Assembly (NCBI GenBank): GCA_025201805.1
Contig: MU619354.1
Span: 37,430-101,429 of the forward strand
Reading direction: 5' to 3'
From: Parasitella parasitica NRRL 2501
Lineage: Eukaryota > Fungi > Mucoromycota
DNA: 64,000 nucleotides
The first letter of the stretch is position 1. The number at the start of each line of letters is the position of its first letter. The translations under genes and the position numbers were made by a program. Below the pieces are notes generated by a model. It made no database searches and was not told where the DNA came from. It saw only the letters and a program-made list of their open reading frames with translations. Below, one piece after another: positions 1-12,167 of this stretch.

Positions 1-579
1 GACCAGATCAATTTGTGCATTTCCAAACCCAACAACCCCAGATCGAATACATGTGTTGATCATGTTTTGACGGTACACAATCATCAAAGCCAAAGAAATA
101 GAGAACTTGATAAAGGATAGTGAGCAACATACCCAGACGACAACACTAAAAAACTTGGCTGATTTCCTTTGTGCCTAATTTGCAAAATTAACAACAATTT
201 TTCTCTGTACATGCTACTATAAATAACTTACAAATATTGAACCAATGGTGCCTGATAAGCCTCCAACAAATACTACCACGGTAAATAATAAATTGATGTA
301 ATACCACGCTTTTGCCGTTTGTCCTGAATATACAATGATAGCTGCATAGAATGAACAGTGAATGACAGATATTAGTTGCATACATTCAAATCATACAGTT
401 AACACCTAGAAACCCGGTAATAGCATCAAATAGATAAGCAAACTAATATGCAAATCAGTGAAATCATTCGTTATTACAGGCTGCAAAGTAATTTAACTTA
501 CAAAGAACCAAAGAGCAATAATGAACGTACCCAGACGTAGTGGTATGAAGCAACAGCATTTCTCCAGAGCCAAACTCAT
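1..579 (-). CDS. Multi-pass (tetraspan-like) membrane protein, 5' part; runs off the left edge of the window
   Basis: Not in the ORF track. Manual splicing with GT..AG introns gives MSLALEKCCCFIPLRLGTFIIALWFF / FAYLFDAITGFLGVN / SIIVYSGQTAKAWYYINLLFTVVVFVGGLSGTIGSIF / AQRKSAKFFSVVVWVCCSLSFIKFSISLALMIVYRQ..., i.e. a CCCxxPLRxG N-terminus followed by hydrophobic helices. Confidence 0.7.
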
Positions 580-919
580 TTGAATTTTTTCTAAAAGATT
601 TTAAAATAAAAAGAGGAGTAATAAAATTAAAAGTGTGTCATTTATGGTAAAATTACTGTATATATTTTTCGTGGGGCAGGGCACCTGAGGATAGTGTCCT
701 TTGGGATATCCCAAGACATGTCAAAAATTTTCGAGCAAAACAACTGGTATTGAACAAACATGTGCATTGTCAAGTTGAGTGATTGAAAAAGCTCTTTTCA
801 ATTGAGATCTTAACATTGAATTTCTTCCTTGCCAAGCTCTCACATCATGTTTTCACCTTGAAATAAAACTTTTTTTTTAAAGATTTTTATTACTTGCTCC
901 GCGTAAATTACAGAGTTTT

Positions 920-1800
920 GAGTGTAATCGAGCGGCGGGCGCAATCATCAATTATATAAGATATGAAGGATAAGATATGAAGAATATAGTATAAAGTGGA
1001 TAAAGGATAAAATAAAATGAAATAAAATTTATAAGAAAAGAAAGGATAGAGAGAGAGCCTATAAAGAAGCATGAACTTGATTTTCGTCGATCATCTTGGA
1101 GATGTCGAGTCGAATACTGTTCAGTACGGCAGCGGTTTCGAAAGCCTTTTGGTTAAAGACAAAACGGTAGTGAGCCCTCCAAATGTTAGCCAGAGTAATC
1201 ATGACTATGAGATGAGAGGGTGCCCGGGGCTTTTGACTATACCGGGTGTTGTAAAAGTTAAAAGAAAGGATGGAATGGCAGATATCCTCAATGGTAACAG
1301 TGGGCCAAAGAAACTCAAAGATGATACCTTGCCAAACGAGAGCCTTGTTTGGACAGCGGAATAGGAAGTGATCCAGAGTATCTGAGGCAGAAGAGCACAC
1401 TACACATATGTCCGAGCTATGGCGATCAGGAAAAATCCGATGCAGGAGCGAGAGATGTGGAATACAATTGTTATTGAAACGATATATAACATTCCGCTGG
1501 ATCATGATAAGTGACAGAGACCAAAAGAAGGTCCAGGCAGAAGAGTTTATAGCTCGCAAGTGTAAAGGTACAACTAAAAGAGAAGAACAAGCCTGACGGA
1601 AAGTTTTGGAGTGACTTTGCATGGGAAATCGATTAGTAGCATTCAGAAGTAATAACTTTTGAATGAAAGGACGCAGAGAGACTGAGGTGGACGTGGTATC
1701 TGTAACAGCATTTGGATTGCAGAGAGGTAGAAAAAAGGGTTGTAATTTGAGATTGCCTGATTCGATGCCTCGAAACAATTGCCGAGGTGCGTTTCCAAAG
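920..1800 (-). mobile_element. 5'-truncated non-LTR (L1/LINE-like) retrotransposon fragment: ORF2 C-terminal zf-RVT domain plus pyrimidine-rich 3' UTR
   Basis: ORF 1059-1778 has W..FWSL, CVVC..SDTLDHFLFRCP..VWQ and IWRAHYRFVF, the zf-RVT pattern at the end of L1-type ORF2. No RT or endonuclease domain upstream. Confidence 0.85.
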
Positions 1801-2822
1801 GACCTTGAAATATAACTTTATTAATAGGATTTACAAATTCAGATTCTGTCTTTCAATCAATATACGGATACGGTCATAAAAGTGTGTACATTTTTTGACA
1901 AGTGTAATAGATTGCAAATCAAACGTACGGCAACTTTTTGGTGCAAATAATGCTGAAAAAGAAGCTATACTACATCAAAAAAAGAGTATAATATAAATTG
2001 AACTAAAAGTGCAGTACTTTATTGCAAAAATAGGATTTCAATTTCTTAACAAGACGTGTAGTCTAGTGTACTACTGCATCAGGTGATTTCTGCGCAAAAT
2101 TAGAATTTAAATTGCATGGTAAAGTGTTTTACTATCAAAAATCTGTCCGAAAATTTTACAATGTTGGTTCTATTTTGTATGATACTATTTGCTTTTGTAG
2201 CTCTATTTCTCACGCATTTTCCCGGAACCAAAGAATTAAGGCGCGGATTCTCGTAAAATGCACTATCTCCATCGAAAATTAACATTTTTGAGAAAGTAAA
2301 AGCTGCACAGGCGCCAACGAATATAACAAATGAAGTTTGATAGACACACTTGAATTAATGAACTTTTATGAATTTTGCAATAGAAACGACCAATATTATT
2401 AAAGCTTAAAAATGTTGTTAACGATTGCTATAGTTAAGATACGAAATTCTGATCATTGACCTTTTTTGATCACAGAAATAATTCCGCCATTGTGAACGGA
2501 ATCGGCTGATGTCGCCAGCTGCCTCATCATGACAATGCTCTCGGTAAAGCCAAGATCCAAATAAAGCATTATATTGAAGTTTAATAGGTCTCTCATAGGG
2601 TTATCCCGTAAAATATAACTGACATAAACCTCAAAACCTCAAGCTTAAGACAACCATTGTAAGATTCGTCTAATTAGCTTGTATGCCCGCGCTACACCAA
2701 AGACTTTGTTAAGTGAACGTTTGTGCATTCCTTACACAGTTGGGTGACTCGTATTATGGAGACTCGGTGTAAAAAATTGATGTCTCTTCTTCTTCGCTTG
2801 AACAGCACAACACATTGGATAA

Positions 2823-4412
2823 TTGATGGCATTTGGTAGCGGTACAGCAAGAACTTTGAAAATAAAACGTAACAGAAAACTGCCACAGCGTGAGATTGTC
2901 GATGCAGACTTTGTTGTGCCTTCTTCCAATAAAACTATCGACGATCTTTTACTAGAACGAGCGCCCTCACAACACGACAGATCCATTTTATCAGAACTAT
3001 GGGGAGGCAATGCGTCAAATTTCGACAGAGACATAATGCCTACTGTCAGCATAGGAAAGCCTAAAAGATCTTTGAATAATGACAGCTCCACCAGGTCAAG
3101 AACGTATAAAGATATGCTGAAAGAGACACACAAGGACGACTGGAAACTGGATTTGAGCAACTTGACATTTGTCCCTCCAACAGCCAAAGGAAAACATATC
3201 CGCTCAGTGTATAATGATAGCAAACCACTTATTACTGAAACCTCAAAGGTAGCGTTTGAAATAGAAACTGAGGACATGGATTCAGAATATGTCGTCCAAG
3301 TGGATGATAAATTACAGGATGCAGAAAGTGATAAGAATTGTTCGGATGAAGGGAATCAAAACAACCTTGATGAAGTCGAAAAATTAGAAGAAGGTAGTAA
3401 TACAGAGTTTGAGAGCCTAGATAAAATCACAAAAACTGCTGCAGATTATACGTTACCGCTGCAACACAAGGATTTTATACCCAAGGAAAATCATTGCGAA
3501 CACTCAACGAACCAAAATACTACAAACGATCACTGTTTAGAAGTAAAGCAAGAGAAAATAAATTATTTAACAGTAGTCGACTTTGAAAATGATGCAATGC
3601 AAGATGGAAATATGATCAACAACGATACTGATGATGGTTTATATGAATACTCTGAGGAAGAATGTAAGACAGATCAGGGCATGATTAAGCAGCCAGTTGT
3701 CATGTATCAAAGTATAGAAAGCAATTATGGTGAATCGAATGATTTGAAAGAAACAGAAATCCTACCAACAATTGACGATAAACTTTCATCAAAAGGGGAA
3801 GTTTCTCAGGAACCGCAAATGGCTGAAACAAGCCCAAGTATAAGCAGTGGGTTAAAGGTCGTTAACGATCAACAGCTGGTTCCAGAAACGTGTGTGGCTG
3901 AGAATGAGCAACTAGAACAACCCCCTACGCAGCTCATCCCATCAACAAAAGAAAACATCATTAATATACCGCTTTTTGGTCAAATAGCGGGTGAATGTGA
4001 TGATAATAACAAGGTGGATGATCAGGAAAATGAACAGCTACTAGACATAATTACGGCACCTTTATTACGGCATCTACTTTCTTCTGAAACCGAAAATAGT
4101 CGAATGATTAGTAAAAAGGATGTACAAGATGAAAAGCCGCTTTTAAATTTGGGTTCATCAGTGTCTGATGCAGAGGAGCACATCAAATCGAAATCAAAAA
4201 TCATAAAGAGATGGCAGCAAAATCAAAAAAGGCACCGCATACTCAACATTTTAAAGGACACAACGGCACTGCATTGGATAGAAAATGGTAAAGATATTTC
4301 TTACAAAAAGGAACTTGGGTTTGTCAGGAAGCGGCAGTTGGAGCAAAAATTCAACAAGCCATTTGTAATTAAAAAACGTATTAAAGGCTGTTGGATTGTG
4401 GAGGATTGCTAG
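2823..4412 (+). CDS. Hypothetical acidic, largely disordered protein (~528 aa); true start uncertain
   Basis: 1.6 kb open frame in AT-rich DNA, E/D/N-rich middle and basic C-terminus, no recognisable domain. Confidence 0.6.
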   Translation: MMAFGSGTARTLKIKRNRKLPQREIVDADFVVPSSNKTIDDLLLERAPSQHDRSILSELWGGNASNFDRDIMPTVSIGKPKRSLNNDSSTRSRTYKDMLKETHKDDWKLDLSNLTFVPPTAKGKHIRSVYNDSKPLITETSKVAFEIETEDMDSEYVVQVDDKLQDAESDKNCSDEGNQNNLDEVEKLEEGSNTEFESLDKITKTAADYTLPLQHKDFIPKENHCEHSTNQNTTNDHCLEVKQEKINYLTVVDFENDAMQDGNMINNDTDDGLYEYSEEECKTDQGMIKQPVVMYQSIESNYGESNDLKETEILPTIDDKLSSKGEVSQEPQMAETSPSISSGLKVVNDQQLVPETCVAENEQLEQPPTQLIPSTKENIINIPLFGQIAGECDDNNKVDDQENEQLLDIITAPLLRHLLSSETENSRMISKKDVQDEKPLLNLGSSVSDAEEHIKSKSKIIKRWQQNQKRHRILNILKDTTALHWIENGKDISYKKELGFVRKRQLEQKFNKPFVIKKRIKGCWIVEDC

Positions 4413-5957
4413 ATGCTATAGGCGTGGGGATCTCACAAGGGACACAGTGATTTTAGATGCAAATTTTTGATGATCCCATTTGGGAATCATTTGTAATACA
4501 GTGCTCTTTCCAGTAATTGTTTCCAGGCTTCTTGTCTTTCTTTGGTGATCCACTCCCAGCTTTATTATCACCAATGTCATTACACATATTATTCATATTA
4601 TTCTTGTCATATATGTTAATGTCAAATATGTGTGCATTGGTGTCTGCAGCTTGAGGATTGGTGCCGGTTTTTCTACCTTTAATTTTTTAGCCCTTTTTGA
4701 TTTGCTTAACTTCGCTTAGAAACCTTTCGGCCCAATTTTATCTTTTCAGGCTAATCTACAACAAACTCTTCTGTTTCGGAGTAACGATCTTTATTATAGC
4801 TATCTTCTATCATGATCTTTTTCTTTCCCATGTTAACGAAGTAATTTTTTATTTTTTTGAATTGAGGTCATTATTGTCATTTCCCCTGTTCAAAATATTT
4901 GGCTTGGGACACAAATACAAAGCTCTCAACACGCCCGCAATGTCCTGAATTATTGGTACTATTCGATGAACACAACCATGCCATTATAGCGTGGTAATTT
5001 TATCTAGATGAAGCAACAAGCAAAATAAACTAAATTACTACAAATAGCGATAGATAATCATAAATAAGCTATAAAGGACCTAAATGCATTAAGATGTTTC
5101 CAAGTCAGATCTCGGTTCTACGATCATTTTAGAGCAAATGTTCGATATTTATATATATTTCAGGCATTTCAATACAATAAGAAGAGACTTGTAATAAATT
5201 ACAGCTTTCAACAATAAAAGAAATTTATGATGCATTATGACATAAATACAGATGTTTAGAATGATGTACCATGTTAATGTCAAGTAAGCAGTTATTATTG
5301 CTAACATTGGTATCTGGGTCATTACTTACTATATAAGATACGTAGATATTACTGGACAAGTAGTAATTGACAGCAATGTATGGAGGTAAGTTTATGGTGA
5401 TGAACTCCTTTGAGATGATGGATGTTAATCAGGAAGTGACCGATCAATTGTAGTAGTAAAATCTAATAAGGCTTTGATTATAGTAATAATTAGAACAAGA
5501 ATAAGCAGAACTAGAATTAGATAGCTATTTTTACTAAGCTTCTGATATCTGGTAAGAGTTAAGCCTTATTTATATTGTAAAGTAATACTCTGCGGTGCTT
5601 TTTTGTGAATTGATTTGGGTTGTTTGGAAATTTTTGTAGTAAACAGAACAATTCCGAGACTAATTCAACTGTTTTGCTGGTGTTTAAGTGTATATTATGT
5701 CCAATAACTAAAATTATATGGTATTTCAGTGATAGAATAGCAATATTAAGTATATAGGATAGAATTTAAACTTGAGAAAGTTCGATTTATTTCAAATATA
5801 CAGCATAATTCAATACGTACAATATCTAAGGTGAGACGTTTCCAGCATTCAACATCAGATTCAGGAACGTAGCTTCCATTGGCTCAGACTTTGATCACGT
5901 GCGGATAATCAATCAATACAATAAATATAAGTTACATTTGTAACAGCTCAATAATAA

Positions 5958-6046
5958 CTTTATTTTTTAGTCGTAAGTAAAAGCGCCTTGAACAAAATGC
6001 TGCGGGTTCGAGGCCCACGAAAAGCTTTATTTATCTTTTTTTTTTT
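5958..6046 (+). pseudogene. Degenerate tRNA-like / SINE-head remnant
   Basis: GCGGGTTCGAGGCCCAC resembles a T-arm with B-box (6002-6018), followed by GAAAAGC and a T-run. The D-arm and anticodon arm cannot be folded convincingly. Confidence 0.3.
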
Positions 6047-6870
6047 ATATATTTTACTTTCCATGTGGTTCATTCAATCGTTTATCCTTCATTCTTAGTC
6101 GATTTCGATTAATGACAAAACACGGCAGCAAGTGAACTCCATCGTAAATGCTAAGTTGCTCAAAATTATATAAACAAACCCATTCGTGCAATAATAATGA
6201 AAAACATGTTCTATCCAACTGTATCACTGCTAATATAGTTTCATTGAAGTCTTAACAATTAAAAATGTCTTAAAATCAAATCCTAGAAATTTGTGTATAT
6301 TAATTATATAAGTTTACAGTTGTTATTACTGCTTTATACGTCCGTGCACACGGCGTTTTGAGGTCTTTCGCATTATAAAAATTATGTCATAAAATACAAC
6401 ATGAATAATAGCATGAAACAATTTCAAGTCAATATAGAGTACCTTACTCTTCTTTAGCTACTATAGATGCAATGAATTACGAAAGATGGCCAAATTGTTA
6501 CGTGAAAGGTATGCGCATCCCTATTCTCTATCAATTACTGTACTTTAAAAACTATAACGCATTGTTATAGTTGTGTGTTTTTTTCATATATTTCCGTGTT
6601 ATATTGTTGTTATAGCTAAAAAATTTATGGCAGACGGCGACAAATCGTTCAAGTAATTTCCTTTTAATGCTAATTCTTTATGTTTTTTCTGCGCAATTTA
6701 TACGCTCAAGTATTAAGCAATCCTTCGTTGGTCCTTAATGCCTAGAATAATTTTTTTGCTCGATTTTTTTCATACCTATCACAAGGGGGACGTATCAATA
6801 ACTAATGTCAAATTTTCAATTAAAGATGATGACCGTCTTGCTCTGGGAGGTGGCGATGATAAGGACGCTG

Positions 6871-8390
6871 CTACAGGTGTACCCTGTAGGTGTACAGTTT
6901 GTTCAATTTGCTTTTGATTCTGCTTTTTCGTAGCACGGTGATAAGTACTTTGAGTACTTCTGTGCGACTTATACTGCCCCCAAGCGGCCTGGTATTTTTC
7001 CTATTGTAATTGAGCTTTCCATAGTATGTGTCCGTTTTTTTCCACTTGTTGCTCAGCAAATTCTAAATAGGACAATGGATCCTTCAAGTGTCGCTTTCGT
7101 GCTATTTCATCGACATACGCTATGGCATTATTCAAAATATACACGGCCGTTTCAATGGGCACGCCAACGCCAACAGGTTGATCTTGATTTTCAAAGGCTG
7201 CCTTTGCCTTAGAGCATTCTGATTTTGATTGGGCACACATACTTTTCAATACGTAGATCATACAGCATTCGTCGTCATGGATATGGTCATAAAGTATACA
7301 GATAAATTAGTGTCAGACCATTGCATTGTGTAAAGTTTACAAATGATGCCTCTTGTTCAATAAGACAGTAAACAAGTGCAAGAATGGGTTTACAATAGCA
7401 CCTTGAACTAGGACGAGGGATAATCGGGTACGCCTTGAAACAGTCCATATAAGCTTGGTGGATAAGAGTATACGGATCACCAGTAAGATATGAGCCCGGA
7501 TACGTATCAAAGATGGAGTGTTCTTCATAATGGATTTGGTGGAAGAAAATTCATCAGGATTTAACACCGTTTTCAGGAACAAAATGTCATAAACGGGCTA
7601 TCATCACTCTGCACTGGGGTAAAGATCAGCCGTTCAATGGCACCACCCATGTCTCTTTGCCTTGTCTAAATAAATTCATCCCATTCTACTACCCATTTCT
7701 ACTCAAGCTCGCTATGTGATATATTAAACCAAGTATAATACATTATCGCTAAGACTTGATCTATCTCCTAAACATTCGTCCCCACCAGAATCGATAATAC
7801 TGCAAGAATTGACGATTCCTCGAAAAATAACCCAGAAAAGAGACAGATCAACCAAGGCCGATGCTCTGGAGTCCCCTTTCTAAAAAGATTTCGTTAAGAT
7901 AGGGTGCAATAGTTTCTGCAATGGGAAGTAGACATGAGCGGGCCCTGCCAATACACGACAGCTGCTTTGCAAAAGAGATATGAGAACCAGGTATTTCAGT
8001 TTCAAGTAGATCTCTGGTTGTCGAATTAATCACGGTTGCCAAAGAAATAAGGAGCGTAGATGCTTTTTGTTGTCTAAAAGCCGAACGCGAGTAGTTGATT
8101 AGTCGTTGGTAAAAAATTATATTAGCCTTATTTTGAATCTCGAATAGAATGCGAGGTATGTCATTAGAGCGGTTGACTGACTCGTACGCAACATCAGGGC
8201 GAGTGAAATCAATCCACTCGGTTGAAATGTCAATGTATTTATCTTTTGCCCTTGGTCCTACACAAACGAAAGGAATTAGTAACATGCTAATAGGTATATT
8301 TAAGCTTATATCAGTAATAGCCGAGACAACAACATTAATAACATCTTGATCAATTAACAACTGCTTGCTCATTGAATCGGTTCCAGGTAA
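6871..8390 (-). pseudogene. Disrupted PD-(D/E)XK-nuclease-like gene, resembling a multicopy Mucorales family
   Basis: PGTDSMSKQLL...TEWIDFTRPDVAYE...PRILFEIQNK...YQRLINYS has a nuclease-like D...ExQ core. The frame is broken by stops and an unrelated ~0.5 kb stretch (about 7340-7850), then resumes in ORF 7001-7261. Confidence 0.55.
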
Positions 8391-9879
8391 AAATTATTTC
8401 TTGGAAAAGAAAAAGTCTTGAGGTTGACGCCGTCTGCCTTAAAATTTCTAGCTATCACAAAAATGCCCTTTGCTATAACACGATGTTATAGTTATTTCCT
8501 GAAAGATCAATACTATTTCTCTTGAAAACCCTACTGTACACACTAATAATAACCTTTTTTCTACATAGATGTTCTTTGTAAAGACACTTGGCCAGTTTAA
8601 TATATTATTATCTCATCGCATACAGTAATTTTGAAATCATCGTAGATTCCACCATTTTTACATTTCATCTTGATTTCTGTTTATTGTTTCGAGTTGACAG
8701 ATATACAAGGTAGGCTTGGATGAATCAATGTGCACCAAATATTCTTCTCTCTAGTAGTTTTATATGGTGAATTCGGTATTAATACTATACATCATTGAAT
8801 GTACATGATAAATTTCAACGTGGAATAATACATTTAAGTTTTGAATATATCGTTGATTGCAATATTTCATTCACTTCCAAAGGTTACAACAATCAAGTTG
8901 GACATTTTTCAAATACTTTTATTATGGTTTAGAGGAATGGTAATCAGAAAAATTCTATTTTTTGTATTAGGGCATATTGTATTAGCTAAAATTTTAGTAA
9001 TTCATTGGTATATACACCTTGTTTTTTTTTATGAATTTGCATGGTAAACCCAAACATTATGTATCTGCTTTAACATGTTCGAAAACTAGAAAAAGTCCAG
9101 TTACTTTCTTAGAAACGCAGCACAATTTCTTTGAAGTTATACATTAAAGACGCTCATAACATGCCGTAGGAGGTAAAATCTTGCAGTTGTGTAGTATGTA
9201 GTTTTATATTAAAATAACGTTTTTAACCCTCTTTACGATTATAATTAGGGGTTTTTTTTAGACGTAATAAGATCTGTATACGGTTTGGTTTCAGTCTTTC
9301 CACAATCTTTTTCTAGATGTAAGGTTTTAAATGCATATTTTTGTGATGAACAGGACATATGTTTTATATGGTATATATGCCACACGTATATACAGATGTC
9401 CATACGAAATATGTGGTTCTAGACATGATAATCTAGCTTTTTTTTTTTATTTAAAATATGTTGCTCCACTCATATCAATGTAGTATTTAGTAATGTAAAA
9501 TATGCGGTGAAATTGCCAAATTCACGTCAAGGTCATAAACCACATTTTTTCCTTATTTTCCTTATAAAAATTTGTAGTTAAATGACAACATTCATGTGGC
9601 TCTAGACACAACAAATGGGCCATAGTGAAATGAACACAGTCAAACTAGCCGATGTGTATTCTATTCATACCATCCAAACAAAGATGACACATCAAAAGAT
9701 AAAGACTCATTTAAAGCATAGACTGTTGCTTCGCTTTAATTCTATGCTCGTTTGAAAAGAAATCCACTTAATGTCGGCATATGACATATTTGCTTTATTT
9801 ACATGTAAGTTTTACATTTTTTTATTGAAATTTCAACGTTAATAAAGTATAATAATCCAAACTTTAAAACGGTCTTAAC

Positions 9880-10763
9880 GATCAAGTTATAATATTCGAA
9901 AAATTGGTAGTAGAATAGTTGGGATTGATTGAGGTTCCTGACGAAGAAATGATCTGTTTCAGTCAATAAAGAACTACCACTTTTTACTATTTGTCCTGAA
10001 AACAAAATTAAATCAATATTTTCTGCTCTTACCATGCCAACAAGATAAATGTGTTCTCAGTGAATAATGATAAAAGTCATTAGGCAAAAAGAAAAAAAAT
10101 CATAGTATCGTATCCCTCTTCTTCATTTGCAGATTTTCTAAATGTAACTGAGTCTTTCTTATCATCAAGTCCCGAATCAGGGAAGCTTCTACAGTATTTC
10201 CAGTGTTCTTTGAAAGTAGCCAGGGCTGGTGGCCAGAAATCGTCTTCTGATATAATTTTATTAAGATGTCTTACTAGCAATTGCTTCCTCCCTACATTTA
10301 TGAATGCTGTTGTAAATACTCTTTCTGTGAACTTGGCGGTACTTGGAAAAGCATCAGTCAGACAGATAATCACATCTGATGGCTTGGTAGAGTCAGTGAG
10401 CATATCACCAACCATATCGTGTTGCTTTCTACCCTTAGCAGAAAAGGGAAAAACCAATAAAAAACCTTTAGTATTGATGAACGAGTAACAGAAAAAAAAA
10501 GGTATGAATAATTTTATAGGGAAAGAACGGAGGCTGCTCTTTACAAATCTTCCTTTGTGAATAAATTTAGAATGTGATCTTATGATCGAATTCAACTAAA
10601 AACTTAAATGATTGCACCATAATTTATCAATGTCCAGCAGATAATCATACAAGTTTGCATATCCATAAAAATTAGCAATCATCTTTCTCAGAAGTAAGGG
10701 GTTGATGCAATGGATGAGGTGGTAGTAAAGCGTGTCCCTCTCTTTTTCTTTCTTGATGGCCAT
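9880..10763 (-). pseudogene. Possible decayed intron-containing gene of unknown function
   Basis: Protein-like exon within ORF 10080-10595 with GT/AG-like borders nearby, but the flanking putative exons contain in-frame stops. Confidence 0.3.
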
Positions 10764-11008
10764 GTTTATTATTAGAACGATTGGCAGTGTTTTACAACAC
10801 TGAAAAAAGTTTGAATGTTCTAACCAATAAATACCTAGTTCTAGATATGAGCAATAGCTGGTTAACCAATCAGTCGATGCAACATTTTTGACAAAAAAAA
10901 AAACTATAAAAATCGATGGATAGCCGCATCTCCTTTCGTGTTTTCTTTAAAACTTTTTCAACTTTTTTAAACATCTATCCAATTCTTTGTATCGTTCCAC
11001 TGTTTAAA

Positions 11009-11023
11009 ATGGTTGCCTTTTAA
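11009..11023 (+). promoter_or_regulatory. uORF1 (Met-Val-Ala-Phe-stop) in the bZIP leader
   Basis: AAAATGGTTGCCTTTTAA in strong start context, downstream of a TATAAA at ~10905. Confidence 0.7.
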
Positions 11024-11106
11024 TTCTCTTATCGTGTCCCCCCTCTCTTGTTTGAATCAATTTTATATCTTGTTAAATATTGATTAATTTGTTAAATTTG
11101 TTAAAT

Positions 11107-11241
11107 ATGCTTTTTGATTGCCCCCCAAAAATGCTGCTCTTCAACCGTCGTCCCAGCAAGCCTTTTTTCTCATATACTACAGACGAACCCTCTACCTGCA
11201 ACAGAAAAAAAACTAACTCAAGTCCCAACTACCCAATCTGA
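11107..11241 (+). promoter_or_regulatory. uORF2 (44 codons, second in-frame ATG at 11131), out of frame with the bZIP CDS
   Basis: ATG CTT TTT GAT TGC CCC CCA AAA ATG CTG ... CCA ATC TGA, ending 20 nt before the main ATG. Confidence 0.65.
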
Positions 11242-11261
11242 AAATAGAAACCAAGAAAACC

Positions 11262-12041
11262 ATGAATACACCATTCAACCCCAACATCTTTGCTGGTGGC
11301 TACACCAGCCCCATCACTCCCATGCCTCAGCAAGATCAAGCATTTGCCCAAGTCTTCAACTCTACTAACTCCAATTCCCCTTGTATGGATGATTGGTTTG
11401 CGCCAATTCCTTCCAACCCAAATGACCTTTTCTTGAAACATTCTGACTCTTTCCAAGACATCCTTCAGTTGCTGCCTATCTCGCCTCCTCTGACTGCAAG
11501 TCCAGTATCCGATCAAGACAACGAGGCAGCTTCTGCTGAAGCTTTGGTGGCTCTTTTCCCTGACATCTTGAACACCGCCAACGCTACTCGAGTTTCTTCG
11601 CCAAAGCCAGTTCAAGTGCAGACACAACAGCCTCGTCGCTTAGCGCCTGTCGCACCAAAACCTGCTCCTGTTGCTATTCTGCCCAAAACGGATATTCCCA
11701 TTGCTCCTCGTCCTGGCGGAACCCTCTATACGCCCAGCATGAATACTATGAAGCGTAAGATCCAGAACCAACAAGACAGTGATGAAGCTGCTCAAAAGCG
11801 CCAAAAGAATACCGATGCTGCTCGTCGTTCTCGTCTCAAGAAAATCGTTAAAATGGAAACATTGGAGAAGCAAGTTACAGAGTTAGAGAGTGATAATTCC
11901 CGACTCACGACCCGTGTTGCCGTGCTCGAGTCGGAAAAAAGTGCGCTTCTGTCTAAAGACAAAAGTCTCGAAGATCGTATCCGTGTCCTTGAAACTCAAT
12001 TAGCGGAAGCACATAGAGCGCTTACATCTAAATCTCATTAG
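11262..12041 (+). CDS. GCN4: Gcn4/Cpc1(CpcA)-type bZIP transcription factor
   Basis: KRQKNTDAARRSRLKK basic region plus leucine zipper, DDWFAP activation-type motif, and a uORF-containing leader. Confidence 0.85.
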   Translation: MNTPFNPNIFAGGYTSPITPMPQQDQAFAQVFNSTNSNSPCMDDWFAPIPSNPNDLFLKHSDSFQDILQLLPISPPLTASPVSDQDNEAASAEALVALFPDILNTANATRVSSPKPVQVQTQQPRRLAPVAPKPAPVAILPKTDIPIAPRPGGTLYTPSMNTMKRKIQNQQDSDEAAQKRQKNTDAARRSRLKKIVKMETLEKQVTELESDNSRLTTRVAVLESEKSALLSKDKSLEDRIRVLETQLAEAHRALTSKSH

Positions 12042-12167
12042 TTATTTTTGTTTTAATCAATGCAATAAAATAATCAAGGCCATTCAAAATAGCCTTGCAG
12101 TATAAGAAACATATGTCTCTATTTCATTATTACTTATGATGTTCGTGTTTTATTACTGCAATGCACA

